Positions 1 to 13,774 of a stretch of 64,000 nt of DNA are shown here, one piece after another. The position numbers were made by a program, and so were the translations under genes. The notes below the pieces were generated by a model. The model had not been told where the DNA came from and did no database searches. It worked only from the letters and a program-made list of their open reading frames with translations. The stretch is from Octopus vulgaris (taxonomy: Eukaryota): contig OX597814.1 of assembly GCA_951406725.2 (NCBI GenBank), forward strand, positions 57,040,001 to 57,104,000, read 5' to 3'. Numbering within the stretch: the first letter of the stretch is position 1; every line of letters starts with the position of its first letter.

Positions 1-181
1 TGGACATATTGTCCAGTTACCATATAATTTATATATATATCTGTATATATATTTATATATATTTATATATAATTTATATGGTAAATGGACAATATGTCCA
101 ATTTTCGGCATATTTGGCATTAGAAATTTTTTCGTTTTTATAAGTTGTTTATAATTTAACCTTTAAAGGTATTTCTTAATA

Positions 182-285
182 TGCGTGGCATCTTGGGCAA
201 GTGTCTTCCGCTATAACCCCGGGCCGACCAATGCCTTGTGAGTGGATTTGGTAAACGGAAACTGAAAGAAGCCTGTCGTATATAT

Positions 286-325
<40 letters not shown>

Positions 326-523
326 TTGTGTGTCTGTGTTTGTCTCCCTAGCATCGCTTGACAACCGATGCTGGTGTGTTTACGTCCCCGTAACCTAGCG
401 GTTCGGCAAAACAGACCGATAGAATAAGTACTGGGCTTACAAAGAATAAGTAGCGAGGTCGATTTGCTCGACTAAAAGCGGTGCTCCAGCATGGCCACAG
501 TCAAATGACTGAAACAAGTAAAG

Positions 524-524
<1 letters not shown>
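182..524 (+). mobile_element. 5'-truncated SINE, family A (internal (TA)n(TG)n microsatellite)
   Basis: Colinear with the full copy at 36878-37316 (GGGCAAGTGTCTT...GAAACTGAAAGAAGCC, internal microsatellite, CTTGACAACCGATGCTGG...ACTGAAACAAGTAAA). Confidence 0.85.
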
Positions 525-580
<56 letters not shown>

Positions 581-969
581 AGCAAACGAAAGAAAGTAGT
601 GATCAACACCACCTTTGGTAAGAGTTACATTTATTTTTAATAACAATTTTACCAGAGACCACATATTTGCAAAACATGCTTGTTAACACAGCCATGAATT
701 CGCCTTAAACAGATATATCTACACCTTGTTTTCTTTGAGAGGTAATAAAAATATGATTAAAATTACTGTTTGATTTAAGGTGTTAAGAAGTTACCTTCGA
801 ATGAAATTGTTTGTATTTCCACTGCATTTGAAAATAACGAAATTGCAGCAAAATAACTAAATTCGTTATATTAAGCTTGTTGTTGGAGCCTAACCTAAGG
901 TTTTATTAAATTCTTCAATTTTAAAAAATAGTTCTATACTTGTTCTCTACTCATGCGAACGTACAAAAT

Positions 970-1012
<43 letters not shown>

Positions 1013-1113
1013 ACACTCTCTCTCTCTCTCTCTTTCTCTCTCTTTCGACATACACAAACACTCCCATAATACACAGGCATACGCACACATATATAAGTAT
1101 GTGAGCGTGTGGC

Positions 1114-1150
<37 letters not shown>

Positions 1151-1704
1151 GCACATACTAATAGGAAAGTAATTTAAATGTGAACATTAAAAAAAATTAG
1201 GACACGCATGATTAAAATTCGTTATTCACATCGCAAAATCAGTGTGTAAGTCAAACATGCGCGCGCATACACAAACACGCTACCTTAGTATAAAATATGT
1301 GAGAATGTGTGTGCATATGTGCGCGTGCGTGTGTTTGTGTGTGTATACATACGAACACATACACATTGAAGGTGCCAGCTGTGGACATTAAATGTATAGA
1401 ATCTACAATATGTATCGAATATATTTGCTAAAAACAAGCACATAAAAATAACTATATATATAGAACTATGTATAAAAAGCTACATATATATACAAAACTA
1501 AGGGGGGGCGGGGAAGATTGAAACAATGAAAGATCTAAAAATGTACATAGACAGTCATGTATGTGTTAGCGGCAGGTTTGCAGCGCCTGTGCGGCGGCTA
1601 TGCGGCGGTATGGCGTATACCTATTTCGCACTTTCCAGGTTTTATATGTTTCAAAGACGACTAATGGGAACACTTCTTATTAACTATCAAATATCTTTTG
1701 TATT

Positions 1705-2133
1705 TTACTTTTTATCTTGTTTCAGTCATTTAACTGCAGCCATGCTGGGAAGCCGCTTTGAGGGGTTTTAGTCGAACAAATCGACTCCAGGACTCTTTTT
1801 AAGCCTAGTCCTTATTCTACTGGTTTCTTTTTACCAAACTGCTAAGTGACGGGGACATAAACACGCCAACAAGCGGTGGTGGGTGACAAACACAGCCACC
1901 AAGACGTACACACACATATACACACACACAACGACACATGCACAAAGACATACACACAAACATACACACGCACAAAGACATACATATACACACATATATA
2001 TGTGTATATACGATGGGCTTCTTTCAGTTTCTGTCGACTAAATTCACTCCCAAGGGCTTTGGTCGACCCGAGACACCTGAACCCGGAACTATGTGGCTAG
2101 GAAGCAAGTTTCTTACCACACAGCCACGTCCGC
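1705..2133 (-). mobile_element. SINE family A copy
   Basis: Reverse complement of family A motifs (TTGTTTCAGTCATTT, GGGCTTCTTTCAGTTTC, CTTACCACACAGCCAC). Confidence 0.8.
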
Positions 2134-2172
2134 GGCTATTGTTTAAGTTTTTGAAATACAATATTTTTTTTT

Positions 2173-2218
<46 letters not shown>

Positions 2219-2227
2219 ATGGAGCGA

Positions 2228-3503
2228 GGGTATTTGAAGACATACCTTTTTGGGGGGTCATTGCTGCATTTTTTCGCTAACTCCTTATATTCTTTGTTTC
2301 AGAAAATAATAATGACAGACCCTCAGCTCACTGAAGAAATGAAGAGGCATGTTGTTATTGTGGTTATAAAGGCTGAGAAAAGCGATTTAGAATTATCTTG
2401 ATTTTTAAAAGTTACCAGATCTTTTGTGTACAAAGTTTGCAAGGAGTTAGAGACTGAAGATGGAAGCGTATCACCGGCATCAAAGTATAGAAAGCATTCT
2501 AAACGCTCTAAAATCACCAAAAACATTTGAATTTATACAGCAAGTTCAACAGACCATTGATTACAATCTCAGAAGGTCTATGAGGTCAATTGCAAAAGGT
2601 CGCCATGTGTCAGAAGCAACAGTCAGAAATGTTGTCCACGAAGATATCAAACGAGAAAATTGACCAAGTTCAAAAAGTTAATAGAAGAAATGACAGGTGA
2701 TTATGTGCAGACTCTTCTGAAGTTCCAAGCATTATGCATACAAACTTTCCTGCAACTGTCATGGTTTTAGGGATTGTCAGCAATGAAGGACATGTGATCA
2801 TCATCATTCATCATTGTTCGACCGTGGTCGAAACAATGGAATTTACCATGCTACGCCAGACTTCACGGTCCATCATGGCAGAGCTTAACAATTGCTTCCA
2901 AGACCTCAATGTAGGCGGCAGAGTTAACTCTAAGGCCTTGTGGAAAGAAGTAAGGAGGTATCACATGTCGTTTGGTAAAGAAATGACATGTGATACCTCC
3001 TTACTTCTTTCCACAAGGCTTTAGAGGTCTTGGAAGCAATTGTTAAGCCCTGGATAGACAGTGTATGCAATGGAAAGCCATATGTGTTTCAGTAAGACTC
3101 TGCACTATCACATGACTCTAGTAACACAGGAATGGATAACTGAAAATGTTCATGATCACATAATCCCTAACATTTGGCTTCCTAATTCTCCAGGGCTCAA
3201 TCCATTGGACTATTAGATGTGGAGCATTGTTGAGAGACAGATCAATGAACACGCCCATAACACCAAAGATTCTTTGAAAGCTGCCATTGTCAGAGTAATG
3301 TCTAAAATGAACCAAGGCCACAATGTAGATGATTTAGATCTTATAGAAGCAGTTGTTGAAGCTGAAGGTGGCTTTATTGAATAACATTATAGAGAACGTT
3401 TATTTTTAATCTCAGCATTTTATGATAAATGAGGTCATTATCTCTTATTACACGTCTATTTTTTTTATAGGCATAAATTTATTCTCAAATATCTTACGCA
3501 TCC
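2228..3503 (+). mobile_element. Decayed Tc1/mariner transposon, probably maT (DD37D)-like
   Basis: Broken frames give TNFPATVMVLGIVSNEGHV, VKPWIDSVCNGKPYVF*DSA and IWLPNSPGLNPLDY*MWSIVE. Ends are approximate. Confidence 0.75.
2797..2880 (-). mobile_element. Short 3' end of an RTE-like LINE inserted in the maT-like element
   Basis: Minus strand reads AMMDREVWRSMVNSIVSTTVEQ* followed by a TGA-repeat-like tail. Confidence 0.5.
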
Positions 3504-4010
3504 CATATATAATTTTGTATGCATATCTTATTCAGTTCCCACAATAAAACACAATTATAAATTATTCATACTATTATACTAATATACTTACAGCAAATGT
3601 GAATAAATATTCGGCTTGAAATACTGGAATTTAGAGTAGGAAATGGCTTTCGGGACGTTTGTGAAGGCTGAACAATTTGTTTGAAGCTAATATGAGATTA
3701 GATTGAGTGTAGCCGTGTGTATTGGTCCCATCACTCGCATTTCCATACATTGTTCGTTGTCAATGGAAATCTCATTGTTTTTGCATATTTTCATCAGCTA
3801 CTATCAGATCTATTTGATCCCTATACTGTAAACGAATACAGGGAAATTTTTAACCCTGTTAATCTTCATGCACACACTCAAAGTATTGAGTCCTATATGT
3901 TTCATGTCAATTAAACATAGAAACAGATGAATAACATATCAGAAGAGCTATCTGAAATGAACACAACGGTGGTTGAGCATCGGAAAACACACACACACAC
4001 ACACACAGAG

Positions 4011-4082
<72 letters not shown>

Positions 4083-4757
4083 TCCCACCCATTTATATGC
4101 ATGTTAATTATCAAGTCAATCTCGAGTATGACGTCATTTCCAAATAACTTATGCGTGAGCATATTTCAAGTGCATAAGGCTTGCAAGTAACCAGATCTAT
4201 TTTTTTAATGTTGCAAAGTTTACCAGTGTCATAAATACATGAGATAAATACATGAGACAACAGTATTCTCAAGTATCTTTGGGTTTTCCCATGCTCCATA
4301 GTGCCCGGTATAATTGAGAGGATATGTTTTCAAGTTGACAGTAAAGTTCCACTCCTTAACCACAGTACTTTGCCATGTTCCGATCGGTTGCCAAATGCCT
4401 TTAGAGCTACTACTACCCAGAGAAAAGCAGAATTTGTAGTAAGGGTTTACCTCCAAATTCCCTAGATCCGCTGTGTTCAGTCAGAAACAGGGCTATCTCG
4501 AGAAGGATGTGATATTGGAAATTATGTACAGCAGTTCTTGCAGTGGAGCCCTTTCTTCTAGTCACACAAGACGTCCCCGCTTCCCAACGTTCAGGTGGGA
4601 TCAAATCTACCTAACCATCAGACTGTTACTTATTTTATGAAGAATAAGAGGTAAAACTGACAACTGCGGAATTTGATCGTAGTCGTGACCTTTGTTGCAG
4701 ACTGCTCTACAAGTTCACTTCACTTCATTTATTGAATTGTAATATTTTTGTCGTAAA

Positions 4758-4860
4758 GGCGGCGACCTGGCAGAAATATTTGCACACCGGGCAAAATGCT
4801 TAGCAGCATTTCGTCCGACTTCACGTTCTGAGTTCAAATTCTGCTGAATTGATTTTGCAG
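4758..4860 (+). mobile_element. SINE family B head (tRNA-derived)
   Basis: GGCGGCGACCTGGCAGAA...GAGTTCAAATTC (A/B-box-like); matches the reverse complement of the copies at 11.2-11.9 kb and 19.9 kb. Confidence 0.7.
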
Positions 4861-4914
4861 ACGTGGGCAACTACTAGTTTATCTCAGAACACTGTTGTCC
4901 AGGCGTACGCGTAC

Positions 4915-4955
<41 letters not shown>

Positions 4956-5566
4956 CATACACATATAAGAGAGAGAGAGGCCGTATGTGTGTGCGTGTGT
5001 GTGTGTGTGTGCGTGTGTGTGTGTGCGTGTGTCTATTCTTTTTCTTTTATTCTTTTGCTGGTTTTTTTTCTTTTTTGCGAAAAGTCGAACGACCTAAAAG
5101 GTGAATGCACACACACACACGTATACTCGTATAAGATCCTGAATTGCAGTAGGTTTCTAGTTGCTCAACCTCTGTTGTACCTATGGTTGTACAACTGATT
5201 ACGCTGAAATGTGAGTTCAGTGTTGACCATCATTTTATCTCCTCAAAATGCGTAGAAACTTTTTGGATTCTCGGAACGTTTGAACAATCTTACTGAATTT
5301 AGGAAGTAGTGAATTTAGGAATTTAGTAAGACGATTACATTGGCTCCAGTGCTCAACTAGTACTTATTTACTTATTTTATCGACAATTCCATGAGCCGAT
5401 TAGACGCTTAAATTGCTTATTGAATAACACGTGCGTATAAATATTAAACTGACATTTGTTTTATTAGAAGCGTCGAAATATGTATAGTACGATACAAACA
5501 AGACATATTTTTCAAACGCATAATTGCCGCTATTTAAGCGCCTAGTAGGCGGATGGATATTACAGC

Positions 5567-5640
5567 GGGCAATTTAGCTTAATGGTTAAGTACTAAACGG
5601 GAGTATTGGGAGATGTGAGTTCGAATCCCATGGTTGTTTG
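5567..5640 (+). other. tRNA-like Pol III head (SINE head or tRNA pseudogene)
   Basis: A-box TAGCTTAATGG and B-box GAGTTCGAATCCC at tRNA spacing; no convincing acceptor or anticodon stems. Confidence 0.5.
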
Positions 5641-7523
5641 TTGACAAATGTTTTCCGCCTTATAAGGGTAATTTACTAAGTATATCTTCTAATGGCAATT
5701 ATGGGTTCCAAAAGAATATATTCTGGTTTGTATCATATAGGTGTGTGAGAAAGAGAGCAACAGTGTGTTCGTACGTTCTGTGTAAATGAGTGTCGTTCAT
5801 TTCCAATATTCTGCGGCTATTAGAATTTTCTTTTACAGACTTATGGCTATACTGGAACAATGTATTATTTTTAATCCGTAATAGAAGTGACAACCAATGA
5901 GACATTGATCAACATTTTGGACACTACACTTTGTCTAGTTTCAAGCAAATACAGCCGCTGTAGGAAACCCAACAAAATTATACATTATATTCACAGGAGC
6001 TCTAACACTCTTATGAAATTACTTTGATATATCATAAAGAGAATTTGCAGTGTAACTTAAAAAGGGCCTTGATGCTAGGTTCCGCACACATTTTACGTCA
6101 TGTACTCTCTATGAGATGAGGGCCTGCTGTGACCCGGTTCAGCAGAAGACAAAAGACCATATTTTATTTTAAAAGTAATAATAATAATAAATAACAATAA
6201 TAAGTGAACAAGGAGTCAGCTGCACTAATTGTAAGTATGGAAATAAAAATAAATTATTGAACTGGTGGCGGCTGAGAAATACAACAATGCATATAAATTT
6301 GTATGAAAAATTATCTAAGAAATTCTATAAAACATTTTTGAATATTGAAATATATATTCTAAAAAGCGTACATAAAAATGTATATGTTTATATAAATGTA
6401 CCGGCGTACGACCTGACATCTGTGTACATGTAGCACCCTAAACAAGCTATTCCAATGAAGAAGGCTGCTAAAAGAATAGCAGAAAAATCGACACCTATCC
6501 AAAAGACGGACTGTGTGGTTAATCTAGCAATAAACCCAAAGTTGGCTATAACAGAGTTTCAGCTTTAATCCAGTAATTTAACTGTTACAACTTCCAGTTA
6601 TTAAATTCATTTAAATATTGTAACTTCCTTCCTACAAATGCCCATTGAGCCAACTATCTTTCGGTTGAATTTTAATTACTGAAGTTACATTCCCCACTAT
6701 TAGTTTTCAACCTATTTGAATTAAGTGATTATTTAGCTTCGTACCTAAGAACTATCTCAGATTAGTAAGTTCAGATCAAATCTAACATCATATTTATAGT
6801 ACATTTTCTTATCTTAAACGCTAACCCTTACTAAATTTATTTCAATCCACGTGTTAACCGAATTTATAATGCCCCATATTATTTCATTATCTAGTTTTCG
6901 CTTCAATGTATTCATTATCACACAATTTCCTTTAAACTGATACTCATAGAGCAATTTATTTTGTAAGGCGTATTTCACTTATTAATTGCACTGAGACTCT
7001 GTGGTCTGTGGTTAGATTTTGTCACGGTCAACTTTACATTGGTATTTTTCTGCAGTAAACACTTGATCAGATGGTTGAAGGAAGTGCTTTTTAGGCGTCA
7101 TTATCATGCATACTTGGTTATCTGTCATTGACTACACAATGGGTTCATCCTTCCTTTGAATGGGTTTTTCTTCTGCTGTGCTTTTTGTAACATTCTTCTT
7201 TAGAATAGCTTGTTGAGGCTGTTGGTTTAGACCGCTGATGACATGACCAAACAACAGCTTCTATTGAGTTACTGAAGAGTTAACTGAAGAGTTAAAACAT
7301 TTTTCAGTGTTGTATTCTTTTTCCATGCTTTCTCCATTATCCACTGAACGGATAATGCGAGGAGAAATACAAGAAGATGGCTTCAAAGTACATGGCTTGT
7401 ATATTTTTAATCTAAGGTCGAGAAACAATAATGCCAGAAAAATTTGCTAAGACTTAAGCTGGACCACAAGAAATGATAGAGTCAAGTAGGTATCAAATAT
7501 GCATCTTCTTATCTCAACGTGAA

Positions 7524-7636
7524 GGCACGTAGTTTAGTGGTTTGGGTATTCGACTCATGATCGTACGGTCTTGAGTTCGATTCCCTGCGGCTCATTGTGT
7601 CCTTGAGCAAGACGCTTTATTTCACTTTGCTCCAGT
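7524..7636 (+). mobile_element. SINE family C 5' part
   Basis: TAGTTTAGTGG...GAGTTCGATTCCC...TGTGTCCTTGAGCAAGACGCTTTATTTCAC; similar to 31068-31402 and 23625-23748. Confidence 0.7.
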
Positions 7637-8668
7637 TGGTTGAACAATAGCGATAAGGCAGCTAGAGAATTTGCGCTTAATCGGGAAGACTTCTATTGTA
7701 GTGTCATCAATGCGCTGCAGGCATATGATACATGATGAGGACAAGTCTCTAGTGGATAGTTTCCCTGGAAGACGACTACTGTTTAACAAAATGCAGCTCA
7801 CAACACTACTCCAATCACAAAGTACATCTCATCATGATACCAGGCAGTAAAACTACATATATATTATAAAATATCCTAGCACTTTATGTAATAGTGGGTA
7901 CATGGATTACCTTGCAGTATTCTTAAGGGATTCCTGTGTTCAAATACTGCCGAAGTCTATAGTGTTTTTCATCCTTTCGTAATCAATAAATAAAGTGCAA
8001 GTCCTGTGTCGGGGTATATTATTATTTTACTCCCCTTTTTCTCGTCTATCTGAAAGAAATCAACAGTAGTCAGACCTGAAATCGGATGGGATCCCCTGGG
8101 TCTAAAAGGAACAACACATGCTGTATGCTTCTATTACGGCATATTTGTGACTCCATCAAGAGTTGAGAATCGATGGCAAGAACTTCACTTGGTGACATTT
8201 TATAGTCGTATTTTGCAGTGATTTATTGCGAATCTACTTCTCAGACTCGATCACTTCCGCTGATACATTCCTCTTTGCCACTTCGATCGCGAGCAATTAA
8301 TAATAAGTGGTTATGTACTTTTTGTAGGTGTCTATAGCAAACTTGCCCTTTGAGTGGCCCTAATGACGCTTTTCATGGCGCTTGTAATTCAGCTAAGGGA
8401 AAATTAATATATTAAAAAAAGCGGATTCTTACCAAGAGTTGATCCCAATCGGGTTATTTAAATTCTGATTCAAACACCAACGAATCTAAAATTTAATATG
8501 CCATCTTAAATGAAGTTTGCATTTCTGTCAGCCATCTTAGCATGCAACACATTCTGTTTTATTGTCAGAAGTTTTCAATAGTTGAACAAATGTTAGCAGA
8601 CACGCTCTGCTAGCATGTAACCCAAGTTGTTGTCATGGCATTTTACTTCTATTTTAAGTAAGACATAC

Positions 8669-8669
<1 letters not shown>

Positions 8670-8700
<31 letters not shown>

Positions 8701-9076
8701 TGTATGTATGTATGTATGTATGTATGTATGTATGTACAAAATCACACACACACACAAACAATGCAAACCTCCGACGCAAACAAACACGCAAACATATACA
8801 ACACGCACAAACACAATATCATCACACTAGAGCACAAACCCACACACATACCAAGAAAACCACATACATATATACTTGCAATATGATTCTAGCAACCATA
8901 ACCAACACGCACACACATACACAAATATGTAAACACGTACATGCACACACCTACACACACCGCCCCGACAATTACAAATCACATTCACACAAATACACCT
9001 TCACATACACAGATACACGCACAAACACGCAACTACAACACAACCTACACAAACACACACGCATATATGCACACAT

Positions 9077-9109
<33 letters not shown>

Positions 9110-10140
9110 ACGCCCGTACCCCAGTAATAAAATCACACACTCAATAGAAAAAACATATACACACAATACAATCCCAACAACCGCAACAAACACTCACAAA
9201 CACACATACACACAAGCATGCACACACACACAATGACACACACCTCCCCGACAAATACAAGACTCATAGTCACACTCACACAAACACACCTACACGTATA
9301 GAGACACACTGCACTAACAATACAAACAAAACAAATCACTTACAAATACAGCACACACACACACGTGCACACGCACACAACCGGAAACTACATAAACCAC
9401 ACCCACATATATACACACACACAAACGCACACTCAGCACCAATATACACAAAACGCCCATGCACACACATACATATCACCCAGATAAACCGAACGCACAC
9501 GGACACACAGAGAACCCCTGATAAATAAAACACACATACACACCTACCCATACCCACACACACATACATATGCACCCTCATACACACATACGGTTGCTCT
9601 CACACACACACACACCACAAGGACAATTAAAACACAAACATAGACAGACACAACACACACACATAACACACAAGCATACACATGCACACACACACACACA
9701 GACGTACACATACATATGCACCCTCCCATACACATATGGCTGCTCACACACACACACACACTCCACAAGGACAATTAAAACAACAAACATACTCAGACAG
9801 AGATACACTCACACACTCACACATAAAATCCCCATCAACACAAAACACACAAATATACACGCGCACACACACATACGCACACTTACAAACACGTGAACAA
9901 ACACATATACACACATATGCGCACACACAACACCCTGACAAATACCAGTCACACATGCACACACACAACACCAGGACAATCATAACAACACAAACATACT
10001 CAGACATAGACACACATACACTCATCTACACACACTCACGTACACAGTCACGTATACACTCACATACATGCACATAACATCCCCACCAACACAAAAAACA
10101 CACAAATATACACACGCACCCACAGACGCACACATACACT
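8670..10140. repeat. (TATG)n followed by ~1.4 kb of degenerate CA-rich compound repeat
   Basis: Direct reading; explains the many H/T- and V/C-rich ORFs here. Confidence 0.9.
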
Positions 10141-10155
10141 CTTAAATATATCTCC

Positions 10156-10275
10156 TGTGTATATATGTACTACCAAACAAACATGATTTTTAATGAACTC
10201 CTAATACTTTTTTCTGTGTATGTATATAGATACTACCAAACAAACATGATTTTTAGTGAACTCCTAATACTTTTT
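10156..10275. repeat. Two-copy tandem duplication (~60 bp unit)
   Basis: TACTACCAAACAAACATGATTTTTA(A/G)TGAACTCCTAATACTTTTT occurs twice. Confidence 0.85.
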
Positions 10276-10574
10276 GTTGAATATTTTCTCAAATATTTTC
10301 TTGTAAACTGTTTTTAGCATTTTCTTATTATTATCAAAGAATGTATATATGTATTTTAATACTTTTGTGACAACCAGTACTTAACACAACAAAGCTTATA
10401 CAAAGCTTTAGATTTTACTTTTGACAATCTTTTTCTAAAAAAGTGAAACCGGTCAAGTTAATAAACATCTTTAAAATTGCATTTTCAAATCTTCTTTCAT
10501 ATAAATTTCCACTCGTACGGTACCTTACAACTTCACTTTGTTATACATACATGCATACATACATACATACATAT

Positions 10575-10641
<67 letters not shown>

Positions 10642-11194
10642 CATACATACATACATACATACATACATACATACATACATACATACATACATACATACAT
10701 ACATACATACACCGAGGTACGCTCATATCCAACCGTCACAACTGTGATATCGCTTTTATGGTATCAGATGTTTTTATTGCAGTTTTATTTTTTGTTTTTA
10801 TTTTTGCTTTATTCTTTTATTTGCTTGGTTTATTAGTTTGTGAGAATATTGTATGTCGATCATTATTTTATTTTGTGGATTTCTTTCTCTAATATTTTCA
10901 TTGTCGAAGAGAATCTAAATATTGTTTAAAATTTAGATATATCGATTCAATTGCAATCTTCTTTACTCATAACTTACATTGGCCATACTTATAAGACAAT
11001 CTGCCAAGACATTACAAACATTACAAAGGAAAACACAAGTGAATAACACATCTATATTATCCAGAAGATTTCACATAATATCGACAATTACCAAACCTTT
11101 CTACAACAGGAAAAACTGCTGCCTAGAGTTTTCTCCGGCGTGCAAACGATTCTGCCAGAAATGTATAAAGTCAGCCTTTATAATAAATGTAATA

Positions 11195-11867
11195 ACCCTT
11201 CCTACTATAGACACAAAGCCTGAAATTTTGGAGGAGCAACTAGTCGATCACATTGATCCCAGTGCTCAACTGGCTCTTATTTCATCGACTCAGAAACGAC
11301 GAAAGGCAAAGTCAATCTCGACAGAATTTGAACTTAGAACGTAATACCAGATGAAATGTCATTATAAGTTTCATCCAGCGTGCTAACGATTCTGCCAGCT
11401 CGCCGCCTTATAAATAATATATAATATTTTTAAATTTGGATACAAGGTCAGTAATTTTTGAAGGAAGGGTAGAGTCGATTACATCGATCCCAGTACTTGA
11501 CTTACTTATTTTACTGACCTGAAAAGGATGACTGCCAAATTCGACCTCAGTGGAATTTGAACTCATAATATGATAGCGGACGAAATGCCGCTATACATTT
11601 TGTCCGATGTACTAAAGACTCTGTCAACTCGCTGCCTAATTGATAATTAGTTATGGTTTTAAATTTTGTCACAAGTCCAGCAATTTTGGGCGGACAGAGG
11701 GTAAACCGATTCCAGTGCTTAAATGGTACTTATAGTACTTATTTTATCGACCCTGAAAGGGTGAAAGACAAGGTCAAACCTCACCGGTATTTGAATTCAC
11801 AACGAAGAAATTCTGCTCTACATTTTTTTTGCCGTGCGCAGTATCAATTCTGCCTACTCATCACCTT
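11195..11867 (-). mobile_element. Three head-to-tail SINE family B copies
   Basis: Each has GTCGAT..CATCGATCCCAGT...TTTATCGACCC...ATTTGAACTCA...GATTCTGCC...CGCC-like motifs. Confidence 0.75.
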
Positions 11868-12111
11868 CTGATAGACAATTAATAACAGAAAAATACTTAT
11901 AGGACACCAATTACATTAACCCTTGCTTGCTATAAAAGTTTCGATTATGTATATTTCGTTTGGTTCCTAGCCAAGACACTTAAAATTCTGTTTGCCAGAA
12001 AAATATCTACAAAATATTTTAATACTTTTAGTCATTATGCTCCGCTATTATAAGTAATAGGGGACTTTTATGGCATTCTTTTTCTGAAAAATCGTACAAA
12101 AGTTTAATTCA

Positions 12112-12289
12112 CGAGCGTGGCTGCGTGGTACGAAGTTTGCTTCCAAAAGTATGATTCCACATTCAGCCTCACTGTGTAGCACCTTGAGAAAGTGCTTTCG
12201 CCTTATAGCCTGGGCCGGCCAAAGCTTTGTGAGTGGATTTGGGAGACGGAAATTAAAAAACAAAAAACAAAAAATTAACATTGTGCGTA

Positions 12290-12353
<64 letters not shown>

Positions 12354-12590
12354 TGTGTGTGTGTGTCTGTGTCTGTGTCTGTGTGTGCGTGCGTCATTGT
12401 GTTTGTGTTTGTTCTTCTTCACTATTTGAGAATCTGTGTTGGTTTCATAATTTAGCAGCTCGAGAAAAAAGACCAATAAAATGAATATCGAACTTAGAAA
12501 TATAAAAGTACTGGGGTCGAGTCGTTCGACCAAACCCTTCGAGGCGATGCACAACGTGGCCACAGGCCAATGACTGAAACAAATAAAAGT
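12112..12590 (+). mobile_element. SINE family A copy with expanded (TG)n
   Basis: GTGGCTGCGTGGTA head, GTGAGTGGATTTGG, end ATGACTGAAACAAATAAAAG. Confidence 0.8.
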
Positions 12591-12928
12591 AATCAGGGGA
12601 AATTTTCTTCTGAATTTATATTGTTTTGTTTAAGTACATTCGGGTGCTTTCACCTCAGTGTGAGATCATGCGTGATCCTATTCTGTACTGAAGTTGAAAG
12701 AAAGTTAGCTATAGTGAACATGAAACCAAACAGTCGTCTGACTGGTATGCTCTCTATATCCTTTCAAAACAAAACTAGAATATAAATATTATATAAGAAA
12801 CGAACTAGAACAAAATTAGAATTAAAATATATTAAGATAGTTTATATATGTTAATGTTAATTGCTTTTCTAATGGCGGTGCCCCAGCATGGCCAAAGCTC
12901 ATGAGCTGAAACTAAAATCAATCAATCA

Positions 12929-12999
<71 letters not shown>

Positions 13000-13010
13000 C
13001 ATATATATAC

Positions 13011-13070
<60 letters not shown>

Positions 13071-13774
13071 TACAACGGTATGCTTTTCCATATTGACATT
13101 CGTGACTGAAATTTATATCGATAAAACATTGTTTCTGCACAGATGTTTATACCTTTCGAGCAGTTTTCCCACAGAAGTGTTACTTTAAATTTATCTTCTG
13201 TATTTAACTCGATAATCAATTGTTAATTAAAAGTTTGTTGCCCTAGATCAATCCTAAACGAAAGCACTCCAGCTGTGACTGTCGCTTGTTTGCGTATGTC
13301 AAGGCTAGCATTGTATGATGTGTCCTATTCTAAGACAGTAGACAACATATGATATAAGAGTTATCTGGCTGCTATTTCTTTTGACACGATATTCAGTAGT
13401 TGCTTAGCAACCAATGGGACTTTGCTAGAAGTAGCAGAATGACAGTGGCTTCATAAGAGTTTACACTATCACGAGATTTTTTTATAAGGTCAAAACCGAT
13501 GTTGAATAAAATGAAACAGTGCCAAATGGCAGTCTAAAGTGAGCTTCGAAACTTCTATAACAAAGAACTTTCGGTTAAACGATAGTATTCACCCTATTAG
13601 CATTTGTATTATTATTTCATGTACGCACAACAGACTGAACTGAAAGAAAATAATTCCTAACATCGGGCTACTAGTAAACTTAGATGCCAAGAACCTTCCT
13701 AAATATCTTATCTGTTCCTAATAGCACTGTTTTCTGGAGCCACTCTAAACTAGGTTTTATGCCTATTTCCACAA

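Noticed and set aside
4229-4604. Possible host exon(s) in complex sequence
   Set aside because: No recognisable protein motif or supported splice pattern.
5567-5640. Functional tRNA gene
   Set aside because: A and B boxes are present but the cloverleaf stems do not pair.
8627-10892. Long H/T/Y/I/V/C-rich ORFs (also at 947, 3907, 12048, 28204-29478, 48064, 53374)
   Set aside because: Translations of (CA)n, (TA)n and (TATG)n microsatellites.
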